Of a stretch of 64,000 bases of DNA, positions 29,303-39,639 are shown one piece after another. The notes under the pieces were generated by a model. It had not been told where the DNA came from. It did no database searches and was given only the letters and a program-made list of their open reading frames with translations. A program made the translations under genes and the position numbers. Where the stretch lies: positions 225,881 to 289,880 of IMG/VR virus record IMGVR_UViG_3300026521_000003; one strand, 5' to 3'. How positions within the stretch are numbered: position 1 is the stretch's first letter; every line of letters begins with the position of its first letter.

Positions 29303-30787
29303 ATGAATATATTATTAGATGATGCTTTTACTAATTGGGGAAAAAGTTTTGAACGTAATCCTAATTGGACAACTAAACAGAATAGATTATTGAAAAAGAA
29401 TGATATAACTTATGACGATTTAATAGAACTTTTTATATATTTTGATAAAGAAGGAAAATTTAAAAATGCGGGTGATATAGGGAAAGTACTATATTATTTT
29501 TATAGAACTAAAGAAATAACCGACAAAGTTGAATTTATAGATCGATCGGCAATATTTGTAGATGCTGAATTTGGAGAGGAATTTTACCTAAAGTTATGGA
29601 ACTCTTTATCGGCTGATAGCAAAAAATATCTATTACCTTTTATTCCTGGTTCATATCAAACACCAGAAATGCTTAAAATCTATTTTAATAAAAATTTTGA
29701 AGCTTCATTTGATAATTATAAAGGTGAGCAACCTTCAGAACAGTTACTTTTAGAATTACTAGACGTAGCATTTATTCAGGTTGTACGTACTATGAAAAAA
29801 GAATGGTGGACTAAAAAATTAAAAGATAAAGCATTATCAAAAGATAAGCTTTCAATTATTTTTATGTCTAAAGAAGTAATTACAAAAAACGAGATTATGG
29901 AATTTTTAGATGATTATTCAAAAACGGATTCACTTTATAATATGTTATTTCGATCGAAGAGTGTATTGGATAAAGAATTTAGAGAGGATCAAGAAATAAG
30001 GGCATTATTTGCATCAAAGTTGAGATATTTGACTGATGTAAGTCAAGATTTTTATAATGAATGTAATTGTGATTTTTATAATTATTATTTAGATATTATC
30101 CGACCATCTTTTAATACAAAAGGGTTGTTAAAATTAATTCCGTCTTCTTGTTTATCGGAGGATGTAAAAGATAAAATTTTGGAAAAACTTCCAGCTGAAT
30201 TATTAATAGAAATGGATAAGTTAAGTGATGCTCAGTTATTATTCCTTTATGATAAAGCAAAAGAAATGAGATCGGTAGGACGTAGTAGAATTGTTAGAAT
30301 GCTCTATGAATTATTTAAACGTAAGTTGTTTAAAGTTGAAATGTTAAAAGACTTTGCAGGAGTTACGTTTGAAGATTTAGAGTATTCTATGGATTCTAAA
30401 TCTCTTAAAGAATTTATGACATCAGAAGTTATTGATTATTTTTTTCAAGTAGAAGATAAAGATTTATTTAAGAATCAAAAAAATATGAAATATGCTGGAA
30501 CTTTAGATAAAGAAAAATTTTTCATTCTTATGAAAAATCTGCCATATAATAATTTAAAGGCTAGGCTTAATTTTAGAGTAACAGAAGATGATTTCGCTTA
30601 TTTTTATTTCAAAACTAAACATTTAGAAGATAAAAAATTAGCAGATAAAATTTTTGTATTGTTACTACGATTAGAACAGGACAACTATATACAAATCTCA
30701 GAAGAATTTAAGAAATTATTAAATTCATTGCCTGATGAAGTAACATATGACAACTATAAAGATGTTCAAGATATTTTTATTTTTTAG
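29303..30787 (+). CDS. DIFIF-tagged protein (494 aa)
   Basis: Ends YDNYKDVQDIFIF*. Confidence 0.9.
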   Translation: MNILLDDAFTNWGKSFERNPNWTTKQNRLLKKNDITYDDLIELFIYFDKEGKFKNAGDIGKVLYYFYRTKEITDKVEFIDRSAIFVDAEFGEEFYLKLWNSLSADSKKYLLPFIPGSYQTPEMLKIYFNKNFEASFDNYKGEQPSEQLLLELLDVAFIQVVRTMKKEWWTKKLKDKALSKDKLSIIFMSKEVITKNEIMEFLDDYSKTDSLYNMLFRSKSVLDKEFREDQEIRALFASKLRYLTDVSQDFYNECNCDFYNYYLDIIRPSFNTKGLLKLIPSSCLSEDVKDKILEKLPAELLIEMDKLSDAQLLFLYDKAKEMRSVGRSRIVRMLYELFKRKLFKVEMLKDFAGVTFEDLEYSMDSKSLKEFMTSEVIDYFFQVEDKDLFKNQKNMKYAGTLDKEKFFILMKNLPYNNLKARLNFRVTEDDFAYFYFKTKHLEDKKLADKIFVLLLRLEQDNYIQISEEFKKLLNSLPDEVTYDNYKDVQDIFIF

Positions 30788-30796
30788 GAGAATTTT

Positions 30797-31429
30797 ATGA
30801 GTATATCAAAAGAGGAAGTTATAGCTGATGTTTTTTCAAGTTATAATAATATCGTATCAAAAATACCTTCATTTGAATTTTTAGATGAGACTGTTGAAAG
30901 TAACCACATGTCAGGGTGGGCTGTGTACTATATCCCATCAACTATTATTAGATTTTATATTTATGTTGAATTTTATGAAGAAGAAACATTAACTATGAAT
31001 ATTGAAATAAGTATAGAAATAGATCCGGATTTTTCTGAAGACCAAAAATATAGAAAATATAGAAAAAGTTCATTTATAAGTACAATCGAAGATATTGATG
31101 TTGCAGAATATATTGGTAGTGATGGTGTATTTGATACCTCTTTAGCAATGGAAACGTATAAAAAAATTGAGACTTCAGTTGAAAAGCAAATAGATGATGT
31201 ACAAGTAATGTTACAATCAATTTTTAAAGATATTGAAGAAGAATTAATTGATGGTGAGGATATTAAAAAGACTCATAAATGGATAGCGGAGGATTGGATT
31301 GAAGTTGATAAGATGATTAAATTATCTAGATTGACAGTTGGAGATATTTTACATACTCTTGAATACTTTGATTTACTTTCAGATTCTAGATTCGTGCCAC
31401 CTGAAGTTAAAGATATATTTTTATTCTAG
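30797..31429 (+). CDS. DIFIF-tagged acidic protein
   Basis: Ends SRFVPPEVKDIFLF*. Confidence 0.85.
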   Translation: MSISKEEVIADVFSSYNNIVSKIPSFEFLDETVESNHMSGWAVYYIPSTIIRFYIYVEFYEEETLTMNIEISIEIDPDFSEDQKYRKYRKSSFISTIEDIDVAEYIGSDGVFDTSLAMETYKKIETSVEKQIDDVQVMLQSIFKDIEEELIDGEDIKKTHKWIAEDWIEVDKMIKLSRLTVGDILHTLEYFDLLSDSRFVPPEVKDIFLF

Positions 31430-31438
31430 GAGATACTT

Positions 31439-31882
31439 ATGGTAGAAATTGGATTACATGGCAATTATTGGAAAAATTTAAAAGAATATTATGAAACAGA
31501 GTATGATGGTTTAGCACCAGGAAAGTATGCAACACAGTATGCTCAAGAAATGGAAAGGGGTGAAGCTGATGTATTAAGTACTGATGACTACTACACACCA
31601 GAAGCTATTGAATATTGGATTGAAGATACAATGGATAAAATAGCCGATGATGAAAATCCAGATATTGAATACAATAATGAAACTATTAATGATTTTCCAA
31701 ATATAGAAGAGTATCAAGGGTATGAAGATCAAATTGCAGCATATTTTTTATTAAGAGATTTAGATGATTTTGTACAAGAATTAAAAAAGAATAATAAAGA
31801 CTACGTGGAAGAAGCAATTAGATTAAACTGGATTGATATGTTAGAACAAGTTCCAGAAATAAGCGACCTTTTTATTTTTTAA
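31439..31882 (+). CDS. DIFIF-tagged highly acidic protein
   Basis: Ends LEQVPEISDLFIF*. Confidence 0.85.
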   Translation: MVEIGLHGNYWKNLKEYYETEYDGLAPGKYATQYAQEMERGEADVLSTDDYYTPEAIEYWIEDTMDKIADDENPDIEYNNETINDFPNIEEYQGYEDQIAAYFLLRDLDDFVQELKKNNKDYVEEAIRLNWIDMLEQVPEISDLFIF

Positions 31883-32121
31883 GGTGAATAGCCAAAAAAG
31901 GTCATATAATAGAAATTATAAGAAAAATAAAGGCTTAAAAAAGCAAAGAGCCCACTTATAAGAAACAAGTCATTATCACTTACATAATTATCATCATTTA
32001 ATTTTTTATTTTTATTAATTTCGTGTTTTATTTTTTGATGTTGTGTTATCATGACTGTAGCTAATAAAAAGAAATAAAACATAAAATACAAATTGATAGT
32101 ATTTAAAACTATTATACTCAT
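31879..32121 (-). CDS. Small two-TM membrane protein
   Basis: Fills an intergenic gap, AGGA SD on the minus strand, two hydrophobic segments, stop overlaps the convergent gene. Confidence 0.65.
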   Translation of the reverse strand: MSIIVLNTINLYFMFYFFLLATVMITQHQKIKHEINKNKKLNDDNYVSDNDLFLISGLFAFLSLYFSYNFYYMTFFGYSP

Positions 32122-32149
32122 TTAACTTTCCTAAAAACATATTGAAATG

Positions 32150-32157
32150 TATAAATA
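32150..32157 (+). promoter_or_regulatory. T4-type late promoter (TATAAATA)
   Basis: Upstream of 32186 (MKLKYLLE leader). Confidence 0.55.
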
Positions 32158-32185
32158 CTAATATAATTATACAAAAGGTTTTATT

Positions 32186-32548
32186 ATGAAATTAAAATAT
32201 CTATTAGAAAATAAAAAAATCTCAGAGGATGAAATATTTAATATGTCTGATGATGAAATTATGGCAATAGCTAAAAAAGACGGTCGAAACTACTTCAATA
32301 AAATTAAAAAAGTGATTGTAAATGGTTTAAAAAAAGATAATTATTCACATCCAATTTTTAAATATATTAACTATTCATCAGTAAATGGTATAGATCCAGA
32401 TCATAATATCAATGATGCATTAGAAAGTGTTCTTGATTTAGTTACGGAGAAATATAAGAATGAAAATAAAACCAAATTTAGTAAAATGTCTAGAATGACT
32501 CGATCAATGATTATAGATGTATTACTTGCAAGTAAATTTAAACTTTAA
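32186..32548 (+). CDS. Putative head-associated protein with leader MKLKYLLE
   Basis: CTS-like N-terminus and late promoter. Confidence 0.75.
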   Translation: MKLKYLLENKKISEDEIFNMSDDEIMAIAKKDGRNYFNKIKKVIVNGLKKDNYSHPIFKYINYSSVNGIDPDHNINDALESVLDLVTEKYKNENKTKFSKMSRMTRSMIIDVLLASKFKL

Positions 32549-32559
32549 AGGTTAAAAAG

Positions 32560-32910
32560 ATGGAAAAACATTTGGAAGAATTTTGTAAAGCTATTATAAA
32601 TGATAATAGTGAGAAAGGCTTGGGTTATTACAACCTTCTTGATGAAATATTATCGGATAAACTTGGAGATAGGGATGAAATCCTAAGTTTTATAAAAGAT
32701 AATATAGAAAGCGAACCTAATAATGAACAACTTAATGAGTTAGTCTATATTGTCGGTGGTGATTTTGAAGAAGCTGCAGAATTATTGGGTATTGACACCA
32801 ATTCAATAACAGATATAGAGGATAATCGTAGTAAATGGGAAGAAACTGATTTTGCCGATGAATTTATAGAACGTATAGAAGAATTGACTGATGATGAAGA
32901 TGAATGGTAA
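32560..32910 (+). CDS. Small highly acidic protein
   Basis: 116 aa, ends EELTDDEDEW*; untagged. Confidence 0.8.
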   Translation: MEKHLEEFCKAIINDNSEKGLGYYNLLDEILSDKLGDRDEILSFIKDNIESEPNNEQLNELVYIVGGDFEEAAELLGIDTNSITDIEDNRSKWEETDFADEFIERIEELTDDEDEW

Positions 32911-32920
32911 AGGATGAAAT

Positions 32921-33925
32921 ATGAGTTATACTGATGATTTTTTAAATAGTGTTATAGAAAAGAGAGATTTGCATTCTGTTGAAATGGGTTGGTTTGCAGA
33001 GGTTATGAATGGTGAATATAGTAATGAATCATATCAAGATGCTTTAGATTTTTTAGATGGAAAATTAGATTTACAAGATGTTGAATTTGTATCTGCAATT
33101 TTAACTGAAGTTTTTCCATCTCAAGGCTGGAACTCAAATTGGAGTGCAGATGAAGTACTTTTTAAATTGTTTGATTTTGGTTATGATGATGAGGAAATCT
33201 ATAAAAATGCAAAATTATTAATGCAATATAATGATACGATTGGTCTTCCAGATGATTGGGATGAAAAATTAGAAAAAGCTACGTATTTGGATGATTTTGA
33301 ACATAATTATAAAAAAATAAAGCCTTCGGAAGATGCACGATTACTATCAAATGATAAAGTAGAAGAAATTATAAAGAATATAGAATATGATCCAATGGAT
33401 ACAGATCAAGTTGAGGTATTAGCAAATTTAGTTTATTATATGTTTAATGATGAGCGAACTGGATTGGGTACTGTAGCTAAATATGATGCTACCGAGTTAT
33501 GGAATCAACTAGCCCTTAATGCTGAATTAGATAATGATGTACTTGATGCTATTGAATCAGGAGCAATAGGATGGTATGCTGAAAATGTCGAAGAACAATT
33601 AGATAAGGTAGATATGTATTATAATGTTATGGATCAAAAAAGAGCTATGGCTCAATTCAAAGCTAATAATCGTTTAACTGAAGAAGATGTTGAACGTTGG
33701 AGAAATGAATATAAAGGTGTGCTTGAATTTAGTTTTAGTAAAGGTTTTGTAGGCTTAGAAGATCAAAGAAATGATTCAATTATAATTACATTTAATGGTG
33801 AAGAAATTTATAAAGATGAAGGTTCTGGAAATTCATTTGGTGATACCAGTCTATTAAAAACACCAATAGAAGAATTATTAAAGAAAAATGATTATAAAAC
33901 AGCTGCAAATGTATTTGTTTTTTAG
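32921..33925 (+). CDS. Acidic protein with short DIFIF-type tag
   Basis: Ends DYKTAANVFVF*. Confidence 0.88.
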   Translation: MSYTDDFLNSVIEKRDLHSVEMGWFAEVMNGEYSNESYQDALDFLDGKLDLQDVEFVSAILTEVFPSQGWNSNWSADEVLFKLFDFGYDDEEIYKNAKLLMQYNDTIGLPDDWDEKLEKATYLDDFEHNYKKIKPSEDARLLSNDKVEEIIKNIEYDPMDTDQVEVLANLVYYMFNDERTGLGTVAKYDATELWNQLALNAELDNDVLDAIESGAIGWYAENVEEQLDKVDMYYNVMDQKRAMAQFKANNRLTEEDVERWRNEYKGVLEFSFSKGFVGLEDQRNDSIIITFNGEEIYKDEGSGNSFGDTSLLKTPIEELLKKNDYKTAANVFVF

Positions 33926-33936
33926 GAGAAAATAAT

Positions 33937-34479
33937 ATGATTGACAATCACAAAAAATTTATAGAAGTATTTAATGACCATATAAGTAGAGATAAAAACT
34001 CTATGATTTCTCATGAAAATGCAATAAGTACAGATTATAAAGTCACGGATATAAACTTAATAAATGTAAGTTCATCAGCAGAAGCTTCTCTTGAAACCTT
34101 TTGGGCTACATTTTTACTTGACTTGCAAATGGTAGATGAATATGGTGTGATCGTAAAGTCGATTGATACTAAATATTATTTACGTACTAGGAGTTCCGAT
34201 ATTGAGTTTATCCATTCTAGTATGGATGAACCATACAGTTATGTTTGGAATCTCCCAAAGGAAGTTGAAAAGTCACTAGTTATTGCTATACTAGCTGATA
34301 TGATTGATATGGATGAGTTATGTCTAATGTTTTTAACCCCAGAAATAATTGAATTTATGATTGAAAAAAAATATATACTATTTGATATGTTTAGTGATGA
34401 AGCAAAAATTAAATATTATGAGAAATTTAATGATGTTATATTTCTACCTAAAAATGTCCAAGACATTTTTATTTTTTAA
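33937..34479 (+). CDS. DIFIF-tagged protein
   Basis: Ends VIFLPKNVQDIFIF*. Confidence 0.85.
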   Translation: MIDNHKKFIEVFNDHISRDKNSMISHENAISTDYKVTDINLINVSSSAEASLETFWATFLLDLQMVDEYGVIVKSIDTKYYLRTRSSDIEFIHSSMDEPYSYVWNLPKEVEKSLVIAILADMIDMDELCLMFLTPEIIEFMIEKKYILFDMFSDEAKIKYYEKFNDVIFLPKNVQDIFIF

Positions 34480-34527
34480 ATCTAAATTAAGAGATTCTAG
34501 GTTATAATTTTAAAAAGAGGATATATT

Positions 34528-35508
34528 GTGGATTTAATTAATATTATAAAAGTGGATGATTTAGAAAAATTTAAAAATGAGTATAATACGTATAAACGTA
34601 AAGTTTCATTTATGTCACAAAAACTAAACCCGCAAAAAGATACTCCTCTACATTTGATATGTAACTTCGGATCAGAAAAAATATTTGAATGGTATTTTCC
34701 TCTTTTAACGGATTTAAGAATAAATGCATACAATAAAATAAAAACTACACCTTATCATTATGCAATATTAGGTCCTTCTAAAAATATTTTTGAAATTATG
34801 ACGTTGGATAAACGTGTTAATTTAGTAAGATGGGAAGATAACCAACCTTATGGTCGACTATCCAGACAAAAAGGGTATCCTATTTTTCAATTAATTAATA
34901 AGCCTGAATTAAAAGATAGAGTTATATTTTACTTTAATAAAACTGCTATTAAAGAAACTGGTTGGAGAGAATGGTATCTTTATACTATGTGGCAGAATCA
35001 AGAATGGGGTTTAGATTTAGTATTAGACGGACCTATTACTAAGCTTGATAAATATACTATACAATTAGGACTTGCAGAAGCTATAAGTTTTGGTAATATG
35101 AAATTAGTTAAAAAAGTTTTTGATTATGACGATAATATATTTTTAATATATAATGATTATACACCTCTTACACGTTCACTAAATTATGGCGATCGATTTT
35201 TTCAAATTATAGATTGGATTGATGATTTATCACATAGTGAAGATATGGATACTCTATTTGAAGCTGTAGCAAGATTTAATTATGATGCTGCATTACCAGT
35301 AGCTTTAGAGTTAAATAAGCGAAATGCTCCTATTTCTAATAAATATTTAGAAAGGATATTAACGACTGGGTACGGTAATGAAGCTTTCTTTGATACGGCG
35401 ATACACCGCAAAGATTATAATGATCGCATCTATCCTAAAATTGAAGCAAACCCCGAAGCATTTGAAAGATTTCTTCCTAAAGAAATCAAAGATATTTTCG
35501 TATTTTAA
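34528..35508 (+). CDS. DIFIF-tagged ankyrin-repeat protein
   Basis: DTPLHLICNFG, TTPYHYAILG, YTPLTRSLNYG; GTG start; ends ERFLPKEIKDIFVF*. Confidence 0.87.
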   Translation: MDLINIIKVDDLEKFKNEYNTYKRKVSFMSQKLNPQKDTPLHLICNFGSEKIFEWYFPLLTDLRINAYNKIKTTPYHYAILGPSKNIFEIMTLDKRVNLVRWEDNQPYGRLSRQKGYPIFQLINKPELKDRVIFYFNKTAIKETGWREWYLYTMWQNQEWGLDLVLDGPITKLDKYTIQLGLAEAISFGNMKLVKKVFDYDDNIFLIYNDYTPLTRSLNYGDRFFQIIDWIDDLSHSEDMDTLFEAVARFNYDAALPVALELNKRNAPISNKYLERILTTGYGNEAFFDTAIHRKDYNDRIYPKIEANPEAFERFLPKEIKDIFVF

Positions 35509-35522
35509 AAAAAGGCAGTTAT

Positions 35523-36173
35523 ATGAAATTGACAATTGAACAAAAAAAAGAATTAAATGATATATTTAAAAAAATAGCTAGAGAGAATGATAGTGAAGCT
35601 CGAAAGGAATTATTTTTTGGTAAGAAAAACATAGCTGCAATACGTTTGTGGTTTGAGAATTTTCCACTTGTTGATTTAAGTAAAGATGAAGTAGATGAAA
35701 TCATTAAACGTTATAATGATTGGTTTGTATTTAAAGTTTTAATAAATACTGGAAAAAATATATCAACAGAACAAGCAAAAAAAATGGTCAAAAAATTAAA
35801 AAATATGGCCTCACATCTCTACATACCCATTATTAATTCATTGACTTTAAATAATGATTTTAGAATGGAAATTTTTAAGCGTTTTTTAAAGGAAACTAAA
35901 AACCCAAATTTAATCCCTAATTTATTACAGGTTGTTAATATGGGTAATTCAAATGCTATTGACGATTTTTGGAAGGATGCAACTAGAGAACTTATTGATT
36001 TTATTAATGCTAATCAAATAGGTCAATTATATGCTGATATTTGGGCAGGTGAGGATTTACATGCATTAAGATTTAGGATGAGTGAACTAAGACTATATTC
36101 GGCTAAGATATATGAAGCTACGGAAGATCAGCGATATTTACCGCCGGAAGTTAAAGATATTTTTATATTTTAG
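35523..36173 (+). CDS. DIFIF-tagged protein
   Basis: Ends IYEATEDQRYLPPEVKDIFIF*. Confidence 0.88.
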   Translation: MKLTIEQKKELNDIFKKIARENDSEARKELFFGKKNIAAIRLWFENFPLVDLSKDEVDEIIKRYNDWFVFKVLINTGKNISTEQAKKMVKKLKNMASHLYIPIINSLTLNNDFRMEIFKRFLKETKNPNLIPNLLQVVNMGNSNAIDDFWKDATRELIDFINANQIGQLYADIWAGEDLHALRFRMSELRLYSAKIYEATEDQRYLPPEVKDIFIF

Positions 36174-36182
36174 GGAATAATT

Positions 36183-36800
36183 ATGCAAGAAATAAAAATA
36201 CCAGAAACAGAGTTAAAAAATAGACATGAAATTTATAGTGCTATCAATCAATATCATAAATTCACAGTTGGAGATATAATCGATATAATAAATTATCATC
36301 CTATGATGCATTTTGGTTCTAAAAATATTTCTAGTGAGTTATGTAGTATAATTATGTATGCTTATTCAAAACATTCTATTTTGGGAACATATTTAGCTAA
36401 AGAATATCATGAAGAGATAGATATTTCACAACTAATTTATTTTGGTTTAAAATTTGAGTTAGAGCCAGAATACTTCCTTGATTTTATCGAATTTTATGAT
36501 GATAAAGGGGCTTTTAAGGTAGAAATTATTAAAATTGTAATGCGTAACTATTCTGATAATGATTATTTAGATATGATATTAGAATTAGATAAGTTGATAT
36601 GTTCTATATCTGAGAAGGATATTATTAAACATTTTAATCGATTTAACAGAAAGTTTCTTATTGCTCCTAATTCTAAGAAAGTTATTATGGCAATTAATGA
36701 CAAATATGAGTGTTTTAGAAATCGATTTTTAAAAGTTTTTGAGAACCAGCCAGAAATATTGTCGGAATTATATCCTGACTTAAATATATTTATTTTTTAA
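36183..36800 (+). CDS. DIFIF-tagged protein
   Basis: Ends ELYPDLNIFIF*. Confidence 0.85.
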   Translation: MQEIKIPETELKNRHEIYSAINQYHKFTVGDIIDIINYHPMMHFGSKNISSELCSIIMYAYSKHSILGTYLAKEYHEEIDISQLIYFGLKFELEPEYFLDFIEFYDDKGAFKVEIIKIVMRNYSDNDYLDMILELDKLICSISEKDIIKHFNRFNRKFLIAPNSKKVIMAINDKYECFRNRFLKVFENQPEILSELYPDLNIFIF

Positions 36801-36810
36801 AGGTTATAAA

Positions 36811-37383
36811 TTGAGAGCAGGAAAAATAACATATATAAAAGCATTTGAAAAAAAATTCTTATTGTTGGATAAAGAATATTATAAAAGTGTACCCAAGTCT
36901 AAAAGTGGAATGGCTACAGAACAAACTGCAATAAGAATAAACCCTCTTATAGATATTGTATTCAATTATTACCCATATGATAAACATTTAATTTCTATAA
37001 GTCTTTCTGATAATTTTGATATTGATGTTCCCGATTTTTTAAGATATGCTTTAATAGACTCTGAAGTATTTTATGACGAGTTACATGCATTTCATCCTCA
37101 ACGTAACTTTGATAGTAAAGATGATTTTAATAAAGTTATCGAATCCTCTATAAATAAATTAAATAAGAAGATTAAAAAACGTTTAATTTTTATGGAAGTA
37201 TCTATATTAGAACGTATCCAAACTAGAAATATCAAAGAATTAGAAGAATTCCTCAATGATAAAAAAGCTATAGAGTATGTGAAAACATTAGAATTATCAG
37301 AAAGTGATTATCGATGGTTGTATGAGGTTACTGGTAAATCAGAGTATTTACCACAAATTCTTCAAGATGTATTTATATTTTAA
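36811..37383 (+). CDS. DIFIF-tagged protein
   Basis: TTG start; ends LYEVTGKSEYLPQILQDVFIF*. Confidence 0.85.
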   Translation: MRAGKITYIKAFEKKFLLLDKEYYKSVPKSKSGMATEQTAIRINPLIDIVFNYYPYDKHLISISLSDNFDIDVPDFLRYALIDSEVFYDELHAFHPQRNFDSKDDFNKVIESSINKLNKKIKKRLIFMEVSILERIQTRNIKELEEFLNDKKAIEYVKTLELSESDYRWLYEVTGKSEYLPQILQDVFIF

Positions 37384-37393
37384 AGGACAATAA

Positions 37394-38182
37394 ATGCCAA
37401 AAGTAAAAATGGGACAAATTAAGTATGAGAATGTTAAAAGAGTATTTAGACGTACATTAGATAGCCGTACTGAATCTTGGCTTTCAAAAATTGAATTTAG
37501 TGAATCGGAGATGTTAGAGATACTAGATTTATCTGAAAATGTTGAATATCATAGAGATAAACGATATTTTTACCAGCGTTTAATTCGTTCTCAAAAGAAA
37601 TTTTCAGGAAAAGTGTTTGCGGCATACGTTGATAAACTTTTTGAAGCAGATGCGTTATTAAATTTGGGTGAAAATTCTGAAGGTGTTTCTGAATATAGTA
37701 AGATTAAGTTTATAGATTATACGTTGGTTACATCAGCAAATTGGTTTGTATTTAATTATTATTCAAAAAATAATGGTAATCCCGTTGGGTTAGATGTAAC
37801 TGCTCAACCATATAATGTTACTTATGCAAATGATATAACTAGATATATGGATAAGTCTGGTAGAGGAAATACACCAAAAGAATATTTTGAAGAATTAAAT
37901 CGCATATTCGACACTTTTAGTAAAAATGATTTTGATGTATGGTTTGATGAAACACAAACATTATATCAAAGTAAAGTTGTAGATATTATTATGTCTTATA
38001 ATAAAATGCCGAGGTATTTAATCGATCAATATTTTAACAGAAAGAATAAACCTGATTACGATTTAAGATTAAGATTAGCAACACATCCAAATGCATCAAA
38101 TGATATAAAAATGTGGGCATACGAAGAAACTAAAGATGAGATTTATTTACCATCAGAAGTTAAAGATATATTTGTATTTTGA
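37394..38182 (+). CDS. DIFIF-tagged protein
   Basis: Ends LATHPNASNDIKMWAYEETKDEIYLPSEVKDIFVF*. Confidence 0.88.
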   Translation: MPKVKMGQIKYENVKRVFRRTLDSRTESWLSKIEFSESEMLEILDLSENVEYHRDKRYFYQRLIRSQKKFSGKVFAAYVDKLFEADALLNLGENSEGVSEYSKIKFIDYTLVTSANWFVFNYYSKNNGNPVGLDVTAQPYNVTYANDITRYMDKSGRGNTPKEYFEELNRIFDTFSKNDFDVWFDETQTLYQSKVVDIIMSYNKMPRYLIDQYFNRKNKPDYDLRLRLATHPNASNDIKMWAYEETKDEIYLPSEVKDIFVF

Positions 38183-38194
38183 TAGGAGATTAAT

Positions 38195-38500
38195 TTGAAA
38201 ACTTATACGGGCAATGCTATTATTAAAGAAATTCATGAAATTAATAAAGATTTACCTCAAAATGAACTATATGGTTTTTTGGAAGTAATAAATGGTAATA
38301 GTTTTCATTTTGTTATTTCAAAAGAAAAAGTTAAAAGTGATATAGTATCTGGTTCTATTGTATCATTTAAAGGGGAATTAAATATTGTTGATAAACAGTT
38401 ATGGGATACAATTAGATTTTTTGATAAACAACCACCAACAGTTATTCTATTGACTGAAATGACTCATCTTCCAGAAGTAGAAAATATATTTATTTTTTAG
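38195..38500 (+). CDS. Small DIFIF-tagged protein (possible OB-like beta domain)
   Basis: TTG start after AGGAG; ends THLPEVENIFIF*. Confidence 0.8.
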   Translation: MKTYTGNAIIKEIHEINKDLPQNELYGFLEVINGNSFHFVISKEKVKSDIVSGSIVSFKGELNIVDKQLWDTIRFFDKQPPTVILLTEMTHLPEVENIFIF

Positions 38501-38508
38501 GGAATTTT

Positions 38509-38997
38509 ATGAAATATCGAGAAGAAAAATCTAAAAATTTTGCAGCATATTGTAGAGATGGCAAAATAAAGTTGGTTCAAAGATGGATTGATAATCCGAA
38601 CGTAGATTTAAACTGGAATTATAATGCACCATTAAGAAATGCAGTATATAAAGAGCACTTTGAAATAATAGAATTGCTGTTAAGTAAGCCATCTTTACGG
38701 ACGGATTATGAAAATACTAGAGAGTTAAAAGGTGAATATAATGGTGTTAAAATGGTATTTAATCCTTTTACAGAATCATTTAAATCGGATGGTTTGAAGA
38801 TGGTTAAATATTTGATTGATACTGGGAAATTTAAATTGGATAGAAAAGAAAATTTAGACGCTTTAATAGGGTTAGGGAGACAAGATATTATAAATTTGTT
38901 TTCAGCAAAAAAAGAAGTAGTTGATTTAGCTACAAAATTAGGTAATGAATATAATATTTTTATTCCTAAAGAATTAAGAGATATATTCATATTTTAA
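38509..38997 (+). CDS. DIFIF-tagged ankyrin-like protein
   Basis: YCRDGKIKLVQRWIDNPNVDLNWNYNAPLRNAVYKEHFEIIELLL; ends IFIPKELRDIFIF*. Confidence 0.85.
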   Translation: MKYREEKSKNFAAYCRDGKIKLVQRWIDNPNVDLNWNYNAPLRNAVYKEHFEIIELLLSKPSLRTDYENTRELKGEYNGVKMVFNPFTESFKSDGLKMVKYLIDTGKFKLDRKENLDALIGLGRQDIINLFSAKKEVVDLATKLGNEYNIFIPKELRDIFIF

Positions 38998-39009
38998 AAG
39001 GAGATTGAT

Positions 39010-39639
39010 ATGGCTGAAGAACGATTAGAGTATAATAGTGATTTTACCGATTTAATTGAAGAACTTAATAAGGAATTAAGGATTTCAATTAGAAATGATT
39101 ATAATTGGGTATCAATTATGAATGGCTACACAACTAATAAAAATAATGAGTATTTTAATTCATATCGTAAGAACGGTAAAAGTTTTCCTATGATGTTTAG
39201 AATATCAATATTTAATAATTGGAAATTTCATTCTTGGTCTGGTGATGTTTTTGATGCAAAAGATATAGCTAAAGCTAAAGGTGGTGGTAGAGTAATATTT
39301 GATGATACAATCCGTATCACAATTGCTCCAGAATTAGATAGATTGGATGTTAATGATTTTAATGGATTACACCCCGAAGCACTAGAGTTTGAATCTATAA
39401 AACCTATAAGACTTTCGTATCTTTTAAAACAGAGTACACCAGAAAGAAGAAATATCACAGCAAAAGATAGATCTAATATTATCGGCATGATTTATGATCA
39501 TTTAGATTTATTTTTAAAAGAAATGGAAATAGCAGCATCTAAACAAATATCTAGAAGATTTCAAGAATTTTTATCAGTAGATGAAGAATTTGCATTAAAT
39601 CATGCCCCTGATGATATTAAAGATATATTTATATTTTAA
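39010..39639 (+). CDS. DIFIF-tagged protein
   Basis: Ends NHAPDDIKDIFIF*. Confidence 0.87.
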   Translation: MAEERLEYNSDFTDLIEELNKELRISIRNDYNWVSIMNGYTTNKNNEYFNSYRKNGKSFPMMFRISIFNNWKFHSWSGDVFDAKDIAKAKGGGRVIFDDTIRITIAPELDRLDVNDFNGLHPEALEFESIKPIRLSYLLKQSTPERRNITAKDRSNIIGMIYDHLDLFLKEMEIAASKQISRRFQEFLSVDEEFALNHAPDDIKDIFIF

